Positions 37,773 through 50,660 of a stretch of DNA of 64,000 nt are shown here, in pieces. Made by a program: the position numbers and the translations under genes. How positions within the stretch are numbered: position 1 is the first letter of the stretch; each line of letters opens with the position of its first letter. The DNA comes from Callorhinchus milii (taxonomy: Eukaryota). The notes under the pieces were generated by a model, which made no database searches, had not been told where the DNA came from, and saw nothing but the letters and a program-made list of their open reading frames with translations. The stretch covers positions 60,266,001-60,330,000 of the forward strand of contig NW_024704743.1 of the NCBI RefSeq assembly GCF_018977255.1. The letters are read 5' to 3'.

Positions 37773-40700
37773 TTTATTCCCATCGATTTTAACATAAGTG
37801 TATAAAAGATCCAGAAAGGGAAAACCGCAACAATAACAGTACAGAATGTGATGAACAATTTGCAAACTAAGGCCAGTAATAGGATCTTGTGAATAAACAG
37901 ATTTATAGTATTTTAGAAGGGATGGATGCTAGAATAAGCATGTCCAGTTGGCTAACCTGAAAAATATGCACAGAAATAAATACATCTCTGACAGGCTTTG
38001 ACATTTACAAATTTAGAAATCATACTTAAAGCGGCAAATCAAACTAGAGACACCCTGAGGAACAAAATATATTCAGTGTTCATTTTCTCAATCCATTTAA
38101 ACTAGAAATATCAAACAATATTATTACTTAAATTAACCTATTTGATTATTACAACCTATTTGAGTTCTGCTTTTAGATAGCCCAAGAGACCAGATAAAAA
38201 GCAAATTGTAGACAAAAATAATCATCAAAATAAAACTTTCTGACATTACTCCAAAGTATTTGTCTATACAGTAGTTATTTTAAATGAATTACTCAAATGC
38301 AATAATGTGAAATTTTGACACTGGAACAAATGTTTCATTTAAACAAGCAAAATGTTCACTTGGAAATCAAAAGATTTTATTATTTAGTACCAAAATTGTT
38401 ATTATTATTTTTGTTATTTTTTGAAAGTAATTTCAGAAAGCTGCCAATTAGGGCCTCACAACATTCATAGAATTGGAAAAAATGTGAGAAACAAAAACAT
38501 TTTCTCCCTAAAGAAGTTGCATTAAATTTTAAGAGCCAGCTCATCTGGAGAACCATTGAGCAGTTTATTACAACATGTACATGAATACGTATATAAATAC
38601 TAGAAAATAAAAAAGAAAGTGGAAATCAACATGTTGGCATCTCAGAAACATCAGGAGAAATTCTAATGCACCATTTTACAATCCTATTGAAACCTATGCC
38701 AACAAAACTCAGTAAGTGCGAAATTTCAAAAATAGAAAGGGTTTGTCCTGAACACAAAACAAATGAGATTTACTTGGATCAGTGGAAAAATGGATATAGA
38801 AATGATGACTTAAAATAACTGTCCATATGTGCAATAAAGCAAAACTGTGATAAGATACTATTTCTATTTCTGGGCCGCTTGACTTCAAGCAAAGATCTGA
38901 TTAAGTGCAATGAGTTCCTTTGCTAAGTCACCACCCAGTCACCACCAAAAAAAGTTACAAAAATCCCCTCTCCCTTCACAAGACTCATGGAGACACAACT
39001 CTGGAAATCATTCAAAAAGCAGATGAACCAGGTTGAGAAGCACAAGTAAACAAAGCAAAGCCATTTCAAATTGAAGGTTGTAGTGCAAAATTTACTCCAA
39101 GCTTTGTATACTCTGACTTTCAGAATATGCTAAAGAAAACTACCAAGCACAAAATAAATAAGACTGGAGTGTTCCAGGCAAAAATAAATAGCACTGACTT
39201 AACCAACGTACCAACAGAAACAGCAATCCATATTGGGCAACTGTAATTGTGAATCTCAATTACTTATTTTCATCAGTTGATTCAACAATTATGGGTACAT
39301 TATTAAACTATTTCCAAAAGAAAAGTTTTACCTGACCGACCGACCAATCAATCAAGTTTCTTTTTAAAAAGGAATGGTCTCTAAATGTTTTTATAGTAGT
39401 AAAATACAGACTACACCCTGTAAATTGACAGCAAAACTATATATCTGCACTTTGTTTTTTGAACAAATGAAATTTACACTATTTCAGGTGCTGTTGTCTC
39501 TAATCTCACATTTGCATTCAGTTTCCTTGCAGAAAAACTGGGCTGGACCAATGCTTCCTTGTCTTAATGGGCTTTACGGTACAATTCTAGCGTGTTTTAA
39601 TATTCTCAAGGGCTAAACTTTTAGCAACCACCTTCTATAGCCACATTAATGGACACAAGGACACTCTCCAACGTTCCAGGATTTGAGAGAAATGCAGTGC
39701 TCAACACCCCCGAAGGTTCAGTGAAATTTACTCAAAATGTGAAAGTCACTAATGGAGAAGAGCTGTTAAGGATTGTGTTGCACAGCACGACACAGAAGTC
39801 TGAGTTGACTCAAAAATATAGAAATATTAAAATTCAAAAAATATTTGAACCCTTTCCTCCCCATTTCAAAGCTGCAAAAAACACTACAATACAGTAGATT
39901 GCATCAAGCTTACAATGTATTTTCGTAAGGATTTCATGACTATTTCAAATTATAGTCATAAAATCGATGAAAATAAAATATTTAGGTTAACGAGGTCAAT
40001 TAACAAGAACAGTGCATTTGCAGACAAGTTTAGTGACCAGAAAGTTTCTAACAATGCAAATTTACAGAAAGGCTAGAGTACAGTTATATATCTGATGAAG
40101 CGTTTCAAACTGATGAGATGACACATCTGGGTTTAAAGATGCCTAAATAGGATGCATGGATGATTCACAGTGAGACCATTTTCAATAAGGAATCCAGACT
40201 TCAACGAGAAGTCACTTAGGGGGTGAGGTCAAATCAGATATTAAAGTTACGGTGACAAACGTTTAGAACGGCCACATAAATACTTAGCATCCTCGCCTTC
40301 TTGAAGTGTTAAAATTAAAAGAGGTAGATAAAGATATCGTAGTCAAAAACAAAAACCTTATGTCTTTTTTTAAACTATATTTAATGTTAGATTTTTCTAT
40401 ATTTATAATTAAATTACATTAGTCATTGAGAATTAATACAGCACATAATCAAAAGTGTGCTGGTCAATTTTACAGCTCAAAATCCCAACACTGGAAATGT
40501 CCAACCATGCTGGCTGGAATAATTAGCCCAGCTTTACTTTGCAAATTATGGCTTGTTTTAACTGTAAGCAAAACAAAAACTCAGCCTACTGTTAGGTTTT
40601 AAAGCGAATGAACTTATGAAAAAAACTACCTAGTCCACAATGGTGGAAGAACTGTATTCAAACGATGGGAAACTAACTCACTGAAGTACAAGCATTACTA

Positions 40701-41634
40701 GTCAATTACTAGTGATGCCTTAAATCTCATTTAGCAGCCTTGCACTGTCACCACACCTCAATCACAAGGAAGGAAAACAACAGCTTTTATTAGATAGAAT
40801 GGCAAAATGAAGCTCTCATGGGTTTAATTTGCAGCTTGTGTAAACTATGTTCATGGAGGGCATTTCAGGTAACCTTAATTATGTGACATACAATGAATCC
40901 AAATTAACTACCATTCCTTTCATTGGTTGCTAACAATTAAAGGAATCTGCTATTTCCTCTGTACACATGGTCAGTAATACCTGGAAGTTCAACCACAGCT
41001 TCTCCATTTTGCAAGTGCTATATACAAATATTAATACTTTTTAATTCATACCTAATGAAATATCTAATACAGTGTAAAGGAGCCCCCCCACCCTTCTCAA
41101 GCTTCAAAATAACTGTCAGGACTTTCACTAAGAAATAACTCAAGGAACTGCTACCTGTGTCAAATATTTCCTTCATAAAACTGGACTAATCATCACCAGT
41201 TTTTTTTCCCAAAGAATGCAGAAATGTGGAAAGCTGAGATGAAGAGGGGAAAATGCAATAGCACAGGAACCAAAGATGTTACTTCAATCACCTACACCTT
41301 CACTTTAAATAGCAATTTGGAAAGAAAAACACAGAAAAAAAGCAGAAAACCCCTTTCAGGAGATGTCAGGTCTTCAGTAGTTTCCATCAATTAAGTTTTT
41401 TCTTATAAAATCACTTTTCAAATTAATAATACAATACAATTATTTTCATCACCTCTACACGCATTACACAAGAACGAACCTTCGCTCAGATTAGAGTGCT
41501 ACATTGCACACAGTCACTCAGATTCCCATCTCTCACATGTCCCTCCCCAGGGACCTCCCAAATTCTTTGGGGTTATGTTTTGTTAAAAATTACATTGTAA
41601 GTCAGAAGGCCTTTGAGCCTGTTCAGCCATTAGT
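37773..41634 (-). other. CASD1: Probable long CASD1 3'UTR, with a distal AATAAA at 37773-37778 on the minus strand
   Basis: About 3.9 kb of AT-rich sequence with no recognised repeats after the stop codon; AATAAA followed by a GU/U-rich tract on the minus strand. Confidence 0.5.
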
Positions 41635-41895
41635 TCAGGTTCTTAGTTTCAACGTTGACAACGCGAGGATCCCAAATAAAAATATAACTGCACACAACAG
41701 TCTTTTTAGTGCAATACAGTTATCTTTAGGAATGGCTATTTGTACAACATCATTTGTGATCTGAGAAATTTCATGGGCTACCAGTACAAAAATGAAGCTG
41801 CTGACAATGATGTTGAGCATTGGGTTGCCAGGAATGAGCACGAGGATTCCCTTGGTGTCTGCCGCAAGCCAGATGTGGTATTGGCATATAAATAA
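41635..41895 (-). CDS. CASD1: CASD1 exon 18 (last coding exon, TGA)
   Basis: ttttcag|LFICQYHIWLAADTKGILVLIPGNPMLNIIVSSFIFVLVAHEISQITND...LKLRT*. Confidence 0.97.
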   Translation of the reverse strand, partial: LFICQYHIWLAADTKGILVLIPGNPMLNIIVSSFIFVLVAHEISQITNDVVQIAIPKDNCIALKRLLCAVIFLFGILALSTLKLRT

Positions 41896-42771
41896 CTGAA
41901 AAAGAAAAAAAGATTTTTGTAAACAGGGCATTTGAACTAGCCAATAAGATTTAAAATCCCCACTTATATTGCTTGCTTTAAGCTGGAAGAATGTTTTTCA
42001 TTCAAACCGATGCTGTGAGGTACACTACATGTGATAGAGACAGAGAGACATTATATAGACAGAGGAGGGAAAAGAAGAATGCATGTATCAAAATTTTGTC
42101 ATAGGAAGAATTAAGGAAGAGGTTAGAATGAACTTTTTCCTAACAGTGTTATTAGAACATGGAATGCAAGTGGCTATTAAAGCTAAAACCATAACATTTA
42201 CAAGAGAATTGGAAATGCATTTTAATAAAAATTATACAAAAATATAAAAGAGTACAGGGAAACAACAGGGAATTGGGATTAGGATATATACAGCGCAGTC
42301 CTGTTATAATACATTTCTTTATAATGCTTTTTTGTTTATAACAAACTGAGTGTGGATTCCATCATTCCCTGCACGCAGTGGAGATGAAGTGATGCCGACA
42401 AAGACCTCAAAATCTGGAATTTGGCCATTTTATTTTAGCGTGCAAACCATTCGGCCTGCAGGAAGCGAGCCGCCTGGCTGCTTGCACAGTGATATTGGTG
42501 AAATGATTTGTTAAACAGCAGACAAGGATTTTCTCGATTTCCACCTAATGCCTTATATCAAGGCTCCAGTGGCACCACAGAAGCATATTTTAGAGCCAAT
42601 TTAGCCTGAATACAATTTATTCCATTGTGCTTTTGGTCACTATTTTCTTCATTTTAGGTACCAGTAACAAAGTATTACCCATAACATGCGGAGGGTCTGG
42701 AATATGGAATGATTTATCTTGCCTTTACAAAAATGTTTTCATAATTTCTCAAGATTATGGGATCTACTTAC

Positions 42772-42864
42772 TTCTAAAGAAATCTTGCCAAACCAGGCAA
42801 AAAAGGAACTGTACACAGAGCGAAGATATCCAGGAATATTCCGAATTAGGACGAAGGATAAGAT
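42772..42864 (-). CDS. CASD1: CASD1 exon 17 (93 nt)
   Basis: ttccag|ILSFVLIRNIPGYLRSVYSSFFAWFGKISLE|gtaagt. Confidence 0.96.
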
Positions 42865-42951
42865 CTGGAAAATATATGGAGGAAAGATGAAAAATACTAT
42901 ACACAAACATGCAGCAGAATTTAGACACTGTGGAGCAGGTAAGAAGAGTAC

Positions 42952-43029
42952 CTGGAACGCAGAGAAGTAAGGGTGGACTTCATTACATTCGGCTTTGTTT
43001 CTACAGCTGGCACACCAGACTGAATAGGT
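42952..43029 (-). CDS. CASD1: CASD1 exon 16 (78 nt)
   Basis: tcacag|TYSVWCASCRNKAECNEVHPYFSAFQ|gtactc. Confidence 0.95.
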
Positions 43030-43234
43030 CTGTGAAAACAAAACCAGGTGCTTAGTTCTTTATCAACACAGACCCGTTTCTTACTTAAAAAGAGCCGCCT
43101 TTATTCATCTGGTTGGCAGAGCTTGAAACACAAACACGGTGAATCAACTGATTGCACGCATCATGTGCTTTTTCCTGCCTGTTTTGCATTCCTACGTGAA
43201 ATTTGTTTGAATAAGGTCACATAATAAACTAAGA

Positions 43235-43980
43235 TTCCTTGCATTTGTTATAATGCCTTTCACGTTAGGACAACTTTTCAAAGGGCTTCACAGGATTTCA
43301 CTACAAAGTGTAGCTATTATACATTTTGAATTATACATTTTGACAATTATGCAGAATAATGTACTACAAACAGCCATGAAGTAAATGACCAATTTTATTT
43401 GGGGGATTGTTGGCCAGGACACCGGGAGAAACTCTCTTCTCTTTTGGAATAGTGCCATGGGATCTTTAACATCCACCCGAACAAGCAGATGGAACCTTGG
43501 TTTAACACCTCATCCATTGGATGGTATCTCCAATATTGTAGGATACCCCAGCACTGCACTGGAGTGTCAGGCCGAGATTGTGAGTTTAAAGTTCTAACGT
43601 GGAACTTGATCCCACAACCTTAATAATAATAATCCTTGCATTTGATATAGCACTTTTCACGTCTTCTAGACATCTCAAAGAGCTTCACAGAATATATTGT
43701 AAAGTGAATTTACTGTATATTTGTGGGCAAAACTTGGCAGTGTCACAGCAGTCTCACAAACAGTTGTGGATTAAAGTGACCAATTTTATTGTTTTTGTTT
43801 TATTTTTTCTTGAGGGATTATTATCAGGCATGTGGAGTAAGGAAACTTGCCCAAGGTTTTGCCCTACCGGGAATCAACCCCAGGTCTCTCACTTGCAAGG
43901 CGAGTGCTCTAATCACTGAGCTACAGGACTCTACCTTCTGACTTAGAAGCAAGAGTGCTCCCTACTTAGCCAGTCTGACA
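43235..43980 (-). mobile_element. SINE family B with a family A SINE (43621-43931) nested in its tRNA head
   Basis: The family B head is split: ...cccacaacct|insert|accttctgacttagaagcaagagtgct. Confidence 0.82.
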
Positions 43981-45170
43981 CCCGTTATTCACACATACAG
44001 TACCCAAATGTTACACATGTGGATCAGTAATAATTGTAGCCAAAAGCTCTACCATTATTTTATATGCTGCTCCCTGGTAACTCAGCTAATAATACTGAAT
44101 GGAAAAATATGAGCTCCAACATTGCTGGTTGTTTATTTTTTAAAAAATCCATTGGCTTAAATAACAGGAAGGTGTAATATACATTATATGGGTTTTTACC
44201 CTTTTTTCCATGTTATTTCACTGTAACCTATTGCCTGACCAAGCAGAGAAGCAAAGCAGGCCAATGCCTCGCTAGCTAATCCCTTCGAGTAGCATATGAA
44301 CAAAAATGGACTCCCTTAAATATTTTCTCATATCCATTGGGGAAGCACCTTGACTCAGCACTTCCCTCAGGAAACCTGAGCCATAAATTGTGCGCAAGAT
44401 AATAATCATCTGCTCCCGATCGTTGTCTAGTAACTAATGTTAGGTACAGGTGTATAGATAGGATCAGGCGTGGTTGTGCTGCTTGTCGCAGCCAAAAGTC
44501 AAACAAATGAAGAATGTCTATAGGGGCAGGATATTGGAGGACAACTGGATCTATAGTTTAAGAGGCCCATTGACCAGCAGGCAATGGGTTTACAGCAGAG
44601 GATATACAGACAGGTGTTACACACAATGACAATCCATCACTATGCTTCATCACTAAGAGAATCCACACCAGACAGCATCACATGCAAAGAAATGTTGCTT
44701 TGTCTAGAATGGGGAGTGCACTCTCTATGGAAGGATACACCCAGTTTATCTAATCCCAGAAGGTATTTGGTACAGGGCCTGGGCAACCCAGAGTGCACAT
44801 TGGGTCACATTGGGTTACCAATGTGCACTCTGGGTTGTCCAAGCCCTGTACCAAATACTTTACAGTGAAATCCTGTGAATTTAACCACCAAAATGACAGA
44901 TTGAAACTCTATCAACTCTATCTGCCAAGCTTCCAACTCCTTGTCCAGATAGGAATACCTCATTTGTTATGGATTTGGCTTTCGGGGTTAATAGGAGCTG
45001 AATGGGAAGAATGCCGTGGTAAATACCCCATGACGGATAAATACTGGGGACAAAAATAATTCTGAATCCATCTCGTTAACATTACATCCCTAGCTGTAAG
45101 TAGACATTTAACCAATTCCAACATTTAAACAAATTTCTTAAAACAGACCGATATTTTATGTGTCACTCAC

Positions 45171-45311
45171 CAAAAATGCAACTATTGAAGTAAAAAGGAG
45201 AAAAGATGATATCTTGGGGGTAAATAATGCCTCTCCTTTGCCTTCTGAAAGCAGATGTCCTTTCTTTAATATGCCATAGATGAAGGCAAAGAACATACCA
45301 TGTAAGACTGC
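45171..45311 (-). CDS. CASD1: CASD1 exon 15 (141 nt)
   Basis: atgcag|AVLHGMFFAFIYGILKKGHLLSEGKGEALFTPKISSFLLFTSIVAFL|gtgagt. Confidence 0.95.
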
Positions 45312-45519
45312 CTGCATAGAAATAGAAAGGGTAGAATTAAAACAGAGCAAAGCCAAAAACACAAGCAACAAGCATATATAACTAAAGTTTTACAGTTTTG
45401 ATAGGCCTTGAGTATACTTATACACAATGGTAGTCTTAAAGAATACAAAACGTCTGCTTTACCCAGTTACAACCCATTGTTTGCTTTGTTTTTAAATAAG
45501 TAAGGAGCTTCTAAGATGA

Positions 45520-45812
45520 CAGCCTGGCTCAAATTGGTACCACTCTAGCTTCCAAGTCAGAATGCTGTGGGTTCAATCCCCACATCAAATCCTATGACTT
45601 CACCTCATAGTTTAGGCTGACCCTCCAATGTAGTGCTGGGGGAGCATGCAATGCTGGAGGTGCCTTCCTTTGGATGAGACTTTAACATAAGGTCCTGTCT
45701 GTCTGTTTAGGTGGATTTTAAAGATCCATCACACTAGTTGAAAAGTTAATTTCTCCTAGTGTATAGAAACACTGACAATGTGATAAGGCATTTATCAATG
45801 CAAGGATTATTA
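45520..45812 (+). mobile_element. SINE family B, near full length
   Basis: Head ggctcaaattggtaccactctagcttccaagtcagaatgctgtgggttcaatccc; Deu-like body; tail caatgcaaggattatta. Confidence 0.8.
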
Positions 45813-46316
45813 TACTCCACCATCACTGTAGTACCACACTGTGCCAGTCCTCCTCTCTCTGACTTTAATTTCTTTTACTCGTGCCTTTTGCTCTTTCTGT
45901 TTCTGTGTGTTATCTATTTGTTTACCCGATGATATATCTAACATTCTATCTCTTTATCTGTATACTATCTCTATTTCTAGCCTTAAGCTGCATCTTCGCA
46001 ACTAGCAAAAAAAAAGTCCTGTGTGTGCTAAGTTGTACACGTGAGAGTGAAATTGCTAGGATTGTGCAGTCTGGCTCAGTGTGTCTCTAGAAGCCTCAGT
46101 GCAACTTCTGATATCAGCTTGTTATTCTCTTGCTAGTCCAAGTCTGCAGAACAATCGGCCTGAGACACTGCACTGCGTAAAGTAACAGTTTTGACTGATT
46201 GCTCTGCAGATGTAAAGTGAATCCATATAGATACAAGTTGTATCTTCCGCATCGGAACCCATGTGGATAAATAGCATTCTACTACATTGTGTAAAGACTT
46301 GTGTATAGTTACGTAC

Positions 46317-46418
46317 AAAGCGATCGAGCTTCCATCGAAACCACCATTCGTGAAGGAGGCCTTGCCACTCAAAGAGTTTCGAAATTGGCCAAACTGAAAA
46401 AGCCTTCTCAAAATAGCT
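46317..46418 (-). CDS. CASD1: CASD1 exon 14 (102 nt)
   Basis: ttttag|SYFEKAFSVWPISKLFEWQGLLHEWWFRWKLDRF|gtacgt (conserved EWWFRW.LDR). Confidence 0.96.
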
Positions 46419-47389
46419 CTAAAATTAAAACAGGTAACAGCAGCATTTAGGCACATATCAATATATTGAGAGGGTAAGAAAATCACACGTGCACATGCTT
46501 CCACCATACTAAAGGAAACTGAACAAATTAAATTCAAGTGTCCAACATATTGTTTAAATCTGCTGGTCTAAGATTATGTTAGGTCGGTGCTCAACACATA
46601 ATTGCAGGTGCAAAAAGCTGTCAAAGCTGATAAAGTCAAGTCACTTACAAGTTTTATTCAAACATGATCAGCGTTACTGAAGCACAGAACTTTCCACATT
46701 TCATAGTTCAAAGCATCGTCAGTGTTTGGCATACCAGTTTATTTCTGGATGCCAGAAGACGTGCAGCTTGATGAGAACCTTTTTTTAAAGCAACAAGCTT
46801 GATACTGTTCTTATATAAAATGCAGGTCACTAAGTAGTTATGACCACATCTCCCCAAAAACTAATCATGTTAGAACTCTTGAAACAATTTAATTTTGGCT
46901 CAGCATTTTGTGGTTAAACATGTAAAACATGTAAAGTCTTACAGATTGTGCAAATTTAATGAATATAATTTAATAATCATTTTAAATTGCAAAACACAAA
47001 TAAGATAAGCCATGAATTTCCAGAAGCCACCTCAATGTCTTACATCCTCAGTACAATTATGGAATGCGTAGCATGGAAACAACGAATTAGTGTCAAAGTT
47101 TATTTTCCACACAAGTCTTTCCCCTCCCCAATCCTCTCTTCCATTCCCCTCTATTCCCTTCTTATACGTACATCAAGTGTCCTCTTAAATATGTTGATAC
47201 TTTCCGCTTCAACCACAGCTTCTAGCAGTGAGCTCCTCATTCTCACCGCTGTCTGTCTAGACACCTGTTTAGATCTACTAGTGGCTATCTTATATTTATG
47301 CCCCCCTTGTTGTGGAGTTACCAACAAGTGGAATATTTATATAGAATCAGGAATAGACAAAAGATCTGTGATAGTTTATAAAGTAATTA

Positions 47390-47605
47390 GAAAAAAATCA
47401 AACCAAAAGGGCACTTTACACAGCCAACCTACACATGAAAATTCCTGTCTGGAATGGAATGCACACTCTTCCTGGAGGGACACACCTTGCTTATCCAATT
47501 CCTGAAAGTATTACGCGCCAGTTGACTAGAGCCAAGGCTTGGGAACCCCACAGTGTGCGTTTGTGTAATGCCGGCGCTTAACCAGCTAAAACCACATAGC
47601 TTCCT
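47390..47605 (-). mobile_element. SINE family C copy with a recognisable tRNA-like head
   Basis: Minus strand gtggttttagctggttaagcgcc (A-box-like) ... ggggttcccaagcc (B-box-like). Confidence 0.6.
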
Positions 47606-47895
47606 GCTGCTTGCCCAGCTAGAACCACCCTGCCATGTTTGTGCTTTGGCTCGCGGGGTTAACAGAAGCTGAGTGGCAAGAATTCCTGCTCCAGTCCTAC
47701 TAATTGATCGCTGGTGTGTCGTCAGCAGCTATTTCCTTAAGTTTCCTTATCATCTATTCAACAGACATCTACATTCAGAATGATGGGAGGACCTTTACTT
47801 TTGAGAGGATCTCCCTTCCCCTTCATCTGCTCCCACCCACCCCACACACTGACAGACCGAATCCTTCCCCTTTCTAAACATTATGAAGGACCAAC

Positions 47896-47975
47896 CTGAG
47901 AAGCTGCAAGAAGACAAATGCATAATAATAATCCAAGAAACTTGAACATCACTGTCCAGTGGGAGGAACAGGTAT
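47896..47975 (-). CDS. CASD1: CASD1 exon 13 (80 nt)
   Basis: cttcag|(D)TCSSHWTVMFKFLGLLLCICLLAASQ|gttggt; phase 1 to 0 as needed; resembles human GNCFWHFGLLLKLGFLLLFICFLAYSQ. Confidence 0.88.
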
Positions 47976-49804
47976 CTGAAGCAGAATAAGACTGCATTAT
48001 ATTTGTGTTAAAAAAAAACAATTCAAGGTAAATATTTTAGCAGTGTAGAGAACTGTGGTCCAAAGGGACATCTGCTGTATGCAACAAAGAATGGCTTCCT
48101 TTCCCAGCTTCACAGCTTTTTTTCCAAAGATGATGGGTCATGTTGGGGTATACATTTACTTTGGTCAGACTCTTGGCTGACATGAGCTTACGTCACCACG
48201 CTTAAAAAGGATCCAAACCAAACAGATCAGTCAAGCTCTCATGTGAATTATTTTCCAGTGGTCAGTGGCCAATAATCAGTGAGAACCCTGGTTGATTAGT
48301 TTTAATGTTCACAAGCTCAAAGGGCTCCGAGACAAATTGCTGCATCTCCTACTGTTTCATTGAGTCCTTTCTGATCTCTACCAGAATACTGTAGTTTGGG
48401 TCTTTGACCTCACAGTCTAGGTTAACACTTCCCTGCAGTGCTGGGGGAGGTGCCGCATTATTGGAGGTTCTGTCCTTCAGATGAAATGTTAAACCAGTCA
48501 CATTTGCCTGTTCAGGTGAACGTTAAAGATCTCATGGCACTATTTGAAAAGAGGAGGGCTTATCTCTTGGTGTTCTGCTCAATAATCCCCCAAATAAAAA
48601 TTGGTCATTTACTTCATAGCTGTTTGTGGGGCATTGTTATTGCGTCTTTCATTTCAGGAGAACATCTCAAAGTGTTTGACAGGATATGCTGTAAAATATA
48701 GTGTCTGTGTATTTTGTAGGTTTGAAATAATACATTGGAGCTTAAAACTCTATTAAGATGCTGGATATACATATTTTCATAGAACATTGAAAATCTGTAC
48801 AAAATATCTCTGAATATAAATATCCAATATCAACTTATACTGAGACACCAGTGCCCATAGGATATAGTTGCACAGTTAAAACTCGGTGTTTTGGATGCGT
48901 AATATTAGGTACAGGTTCCTGGAAAGAAAAATGGCCACCAGGGTCAGGTTGACCCTGACATTTCTGGTTTGGGCTGGCCAACTTTCATCCATGGACACGA
49001 AGTGCAGGAAATTGGCTGGTGAGTTATGACTGCTCTCATGACCTCGTCAGAAGCCACCACACCTCCAGCAATTAAGGGTGTGCTATCAGCTAGTAAGGCT
49101 GCTTATAACAGAGTCTCTCCCTTTGTAATTTTATGGATCAAAGACTGCCTAACATGAAAGTGCCGGTTTATCTTGTTTACCAATTATTACTCATTGGAAA
49201 AGACAAAAGCAAATATTTAAGAGCACCTTCCTACCAAGCTATACAGAATCCTTATCAATCGTATATTATACAATTACCCTACAAATAATAATAATCCTTG
49301 CATTTGATATAGGACTTTTCACGTCTTCTAGACGTCTCAAAGCGCTTCACAGAATATACTCTAAAGTGAATCGACTGTATATTTGTGGGCGAAACGCGGC
49401 AGCCAATGGCGTATAGCAGTGTCCCACAAACAGTTGTGGATTGAAGTGACCAATTTTTTTTAACACAGATAACACAGACAATAGCTTCTTACAGGTTAGG
49501 ATATTAGAGACACCAGATATGCTCTTCAATTTTTTGCAATAAAGTTCTTTGGTGCATTCGGAAGATTTAAGTTACTCAGCCAACATCCCTGCGTAACCAT
49601 CAAACTTAGATAAGACATTTGTCCACTTCAACACGTTTTACACTTTTAAATCTTTATCTTTCTAAGGCACTGCAGTTTTATAGTTACATATTTAAAAAGA
49701 GTTGGCACAGCCAGTTAGTCACATCTGTAGCTTGCTCTGATATTCTAGTAGTATAAGTTGTAAATAATATTGATTGCTTTTAATGAAAATAGAAAGTGCA
49801 ATAC

Positions 49805-49961
49805 CATTTGTGTCTTTCTTGCCAGTCTGCGGCCAAATGCCTAGTGTTGCATAAATCACAATGAACCAGAAGGTTACTAATGGAACGAAGTAGTAGAATT
49901 GATAGGGTCGATCCATTACTAGGCACAGGACCACAACCAGGAAATTCAGGCGAAATAATAT
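49805..49961 (-). CDS. CASD1: CASD1 exon 12 (157 nt)
   Basis: ttccag|ILFRLNFLVVVLCLVMDRPYQFYYFVPLVTFWFIVIYATLGIWPQTGKKDTN|gtattg. Confidence 0.96.
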
Positions 49962-50199
49962 CTGGAAAAGATATTTACAAATCATTTAAGTGAGATATTG
50001 CAGCGCTCTGAATATTTTACGTCATCAACCTAAACATAAATTTGGTCAATGAAACCCCAATAACACACAATTTCATAACACAAATAAAGGACTGGGAAAA
50101 GTTAATTTAGCATATCAAGCCTCCCAGAATATTTGCTATCCACTTTCTCTGAACCACCAAAAAGCAATTGACAACTCTACATACTTTTTTTGCTATCTG

Positions 50200-50660
50200 A
50201 CTTCTTACCAATAAGGGAGCTGCATGGATCATCATGTCCATTAAGTGGAGTTCTAGCCAGTCCTTGCCAGGCTCCACTGGCTCTCTATCACCTAACAGAT
50301 AGATTTCAAGATCCTCACACCCGTTTTGAAATCCCTTCATGCTGTGGCAACTCCCTACTGCTCCGACCTGCTTACCCCCCAACCCACTACTTCCGCTTGA
50401 ATGGCTCCGGCCTCCTGCATGTCCCTTGTGCCCTCCATTCCACCATTGGTGGTCACACTTTCAGCTATGCCCCGAAACTCTGGAACACACTTCCTCTGTC
50501 CCTCTGCCTTCCCCCTTCCTTCCCCATCTTCAGGACGCGCCTGAAGACCTTCCTGTTCGACAATGCCTACGGTCACCTCTCCCTGGCTTGGCATTGTGCT
50601 CTGCCACTGTCGAGTGCTCTCAGACGCTACCCTTACATAAATGCAAGTTGTTGTTGTTGC
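50200..50660 (+). mobile_element. L2 3' fragment
   Basis: STIGGHTFSYAPKLWNTLPLSL...FRTRLKTFLFDNAY; tail ataaatgcaagttgttgttg. Confidence 0.88.

Noticed and set aside
42290..42360. Tigger/Tc1-like terminal sequence (also ~54340-54400)
   Set aside because: Too short and degenerate to call, with no matching second terminus.
46987..47505. 172-aa + strand ORF
   Set aside because: Composite of an antisense CR1 fragment and a family C SINE; no coding signal.
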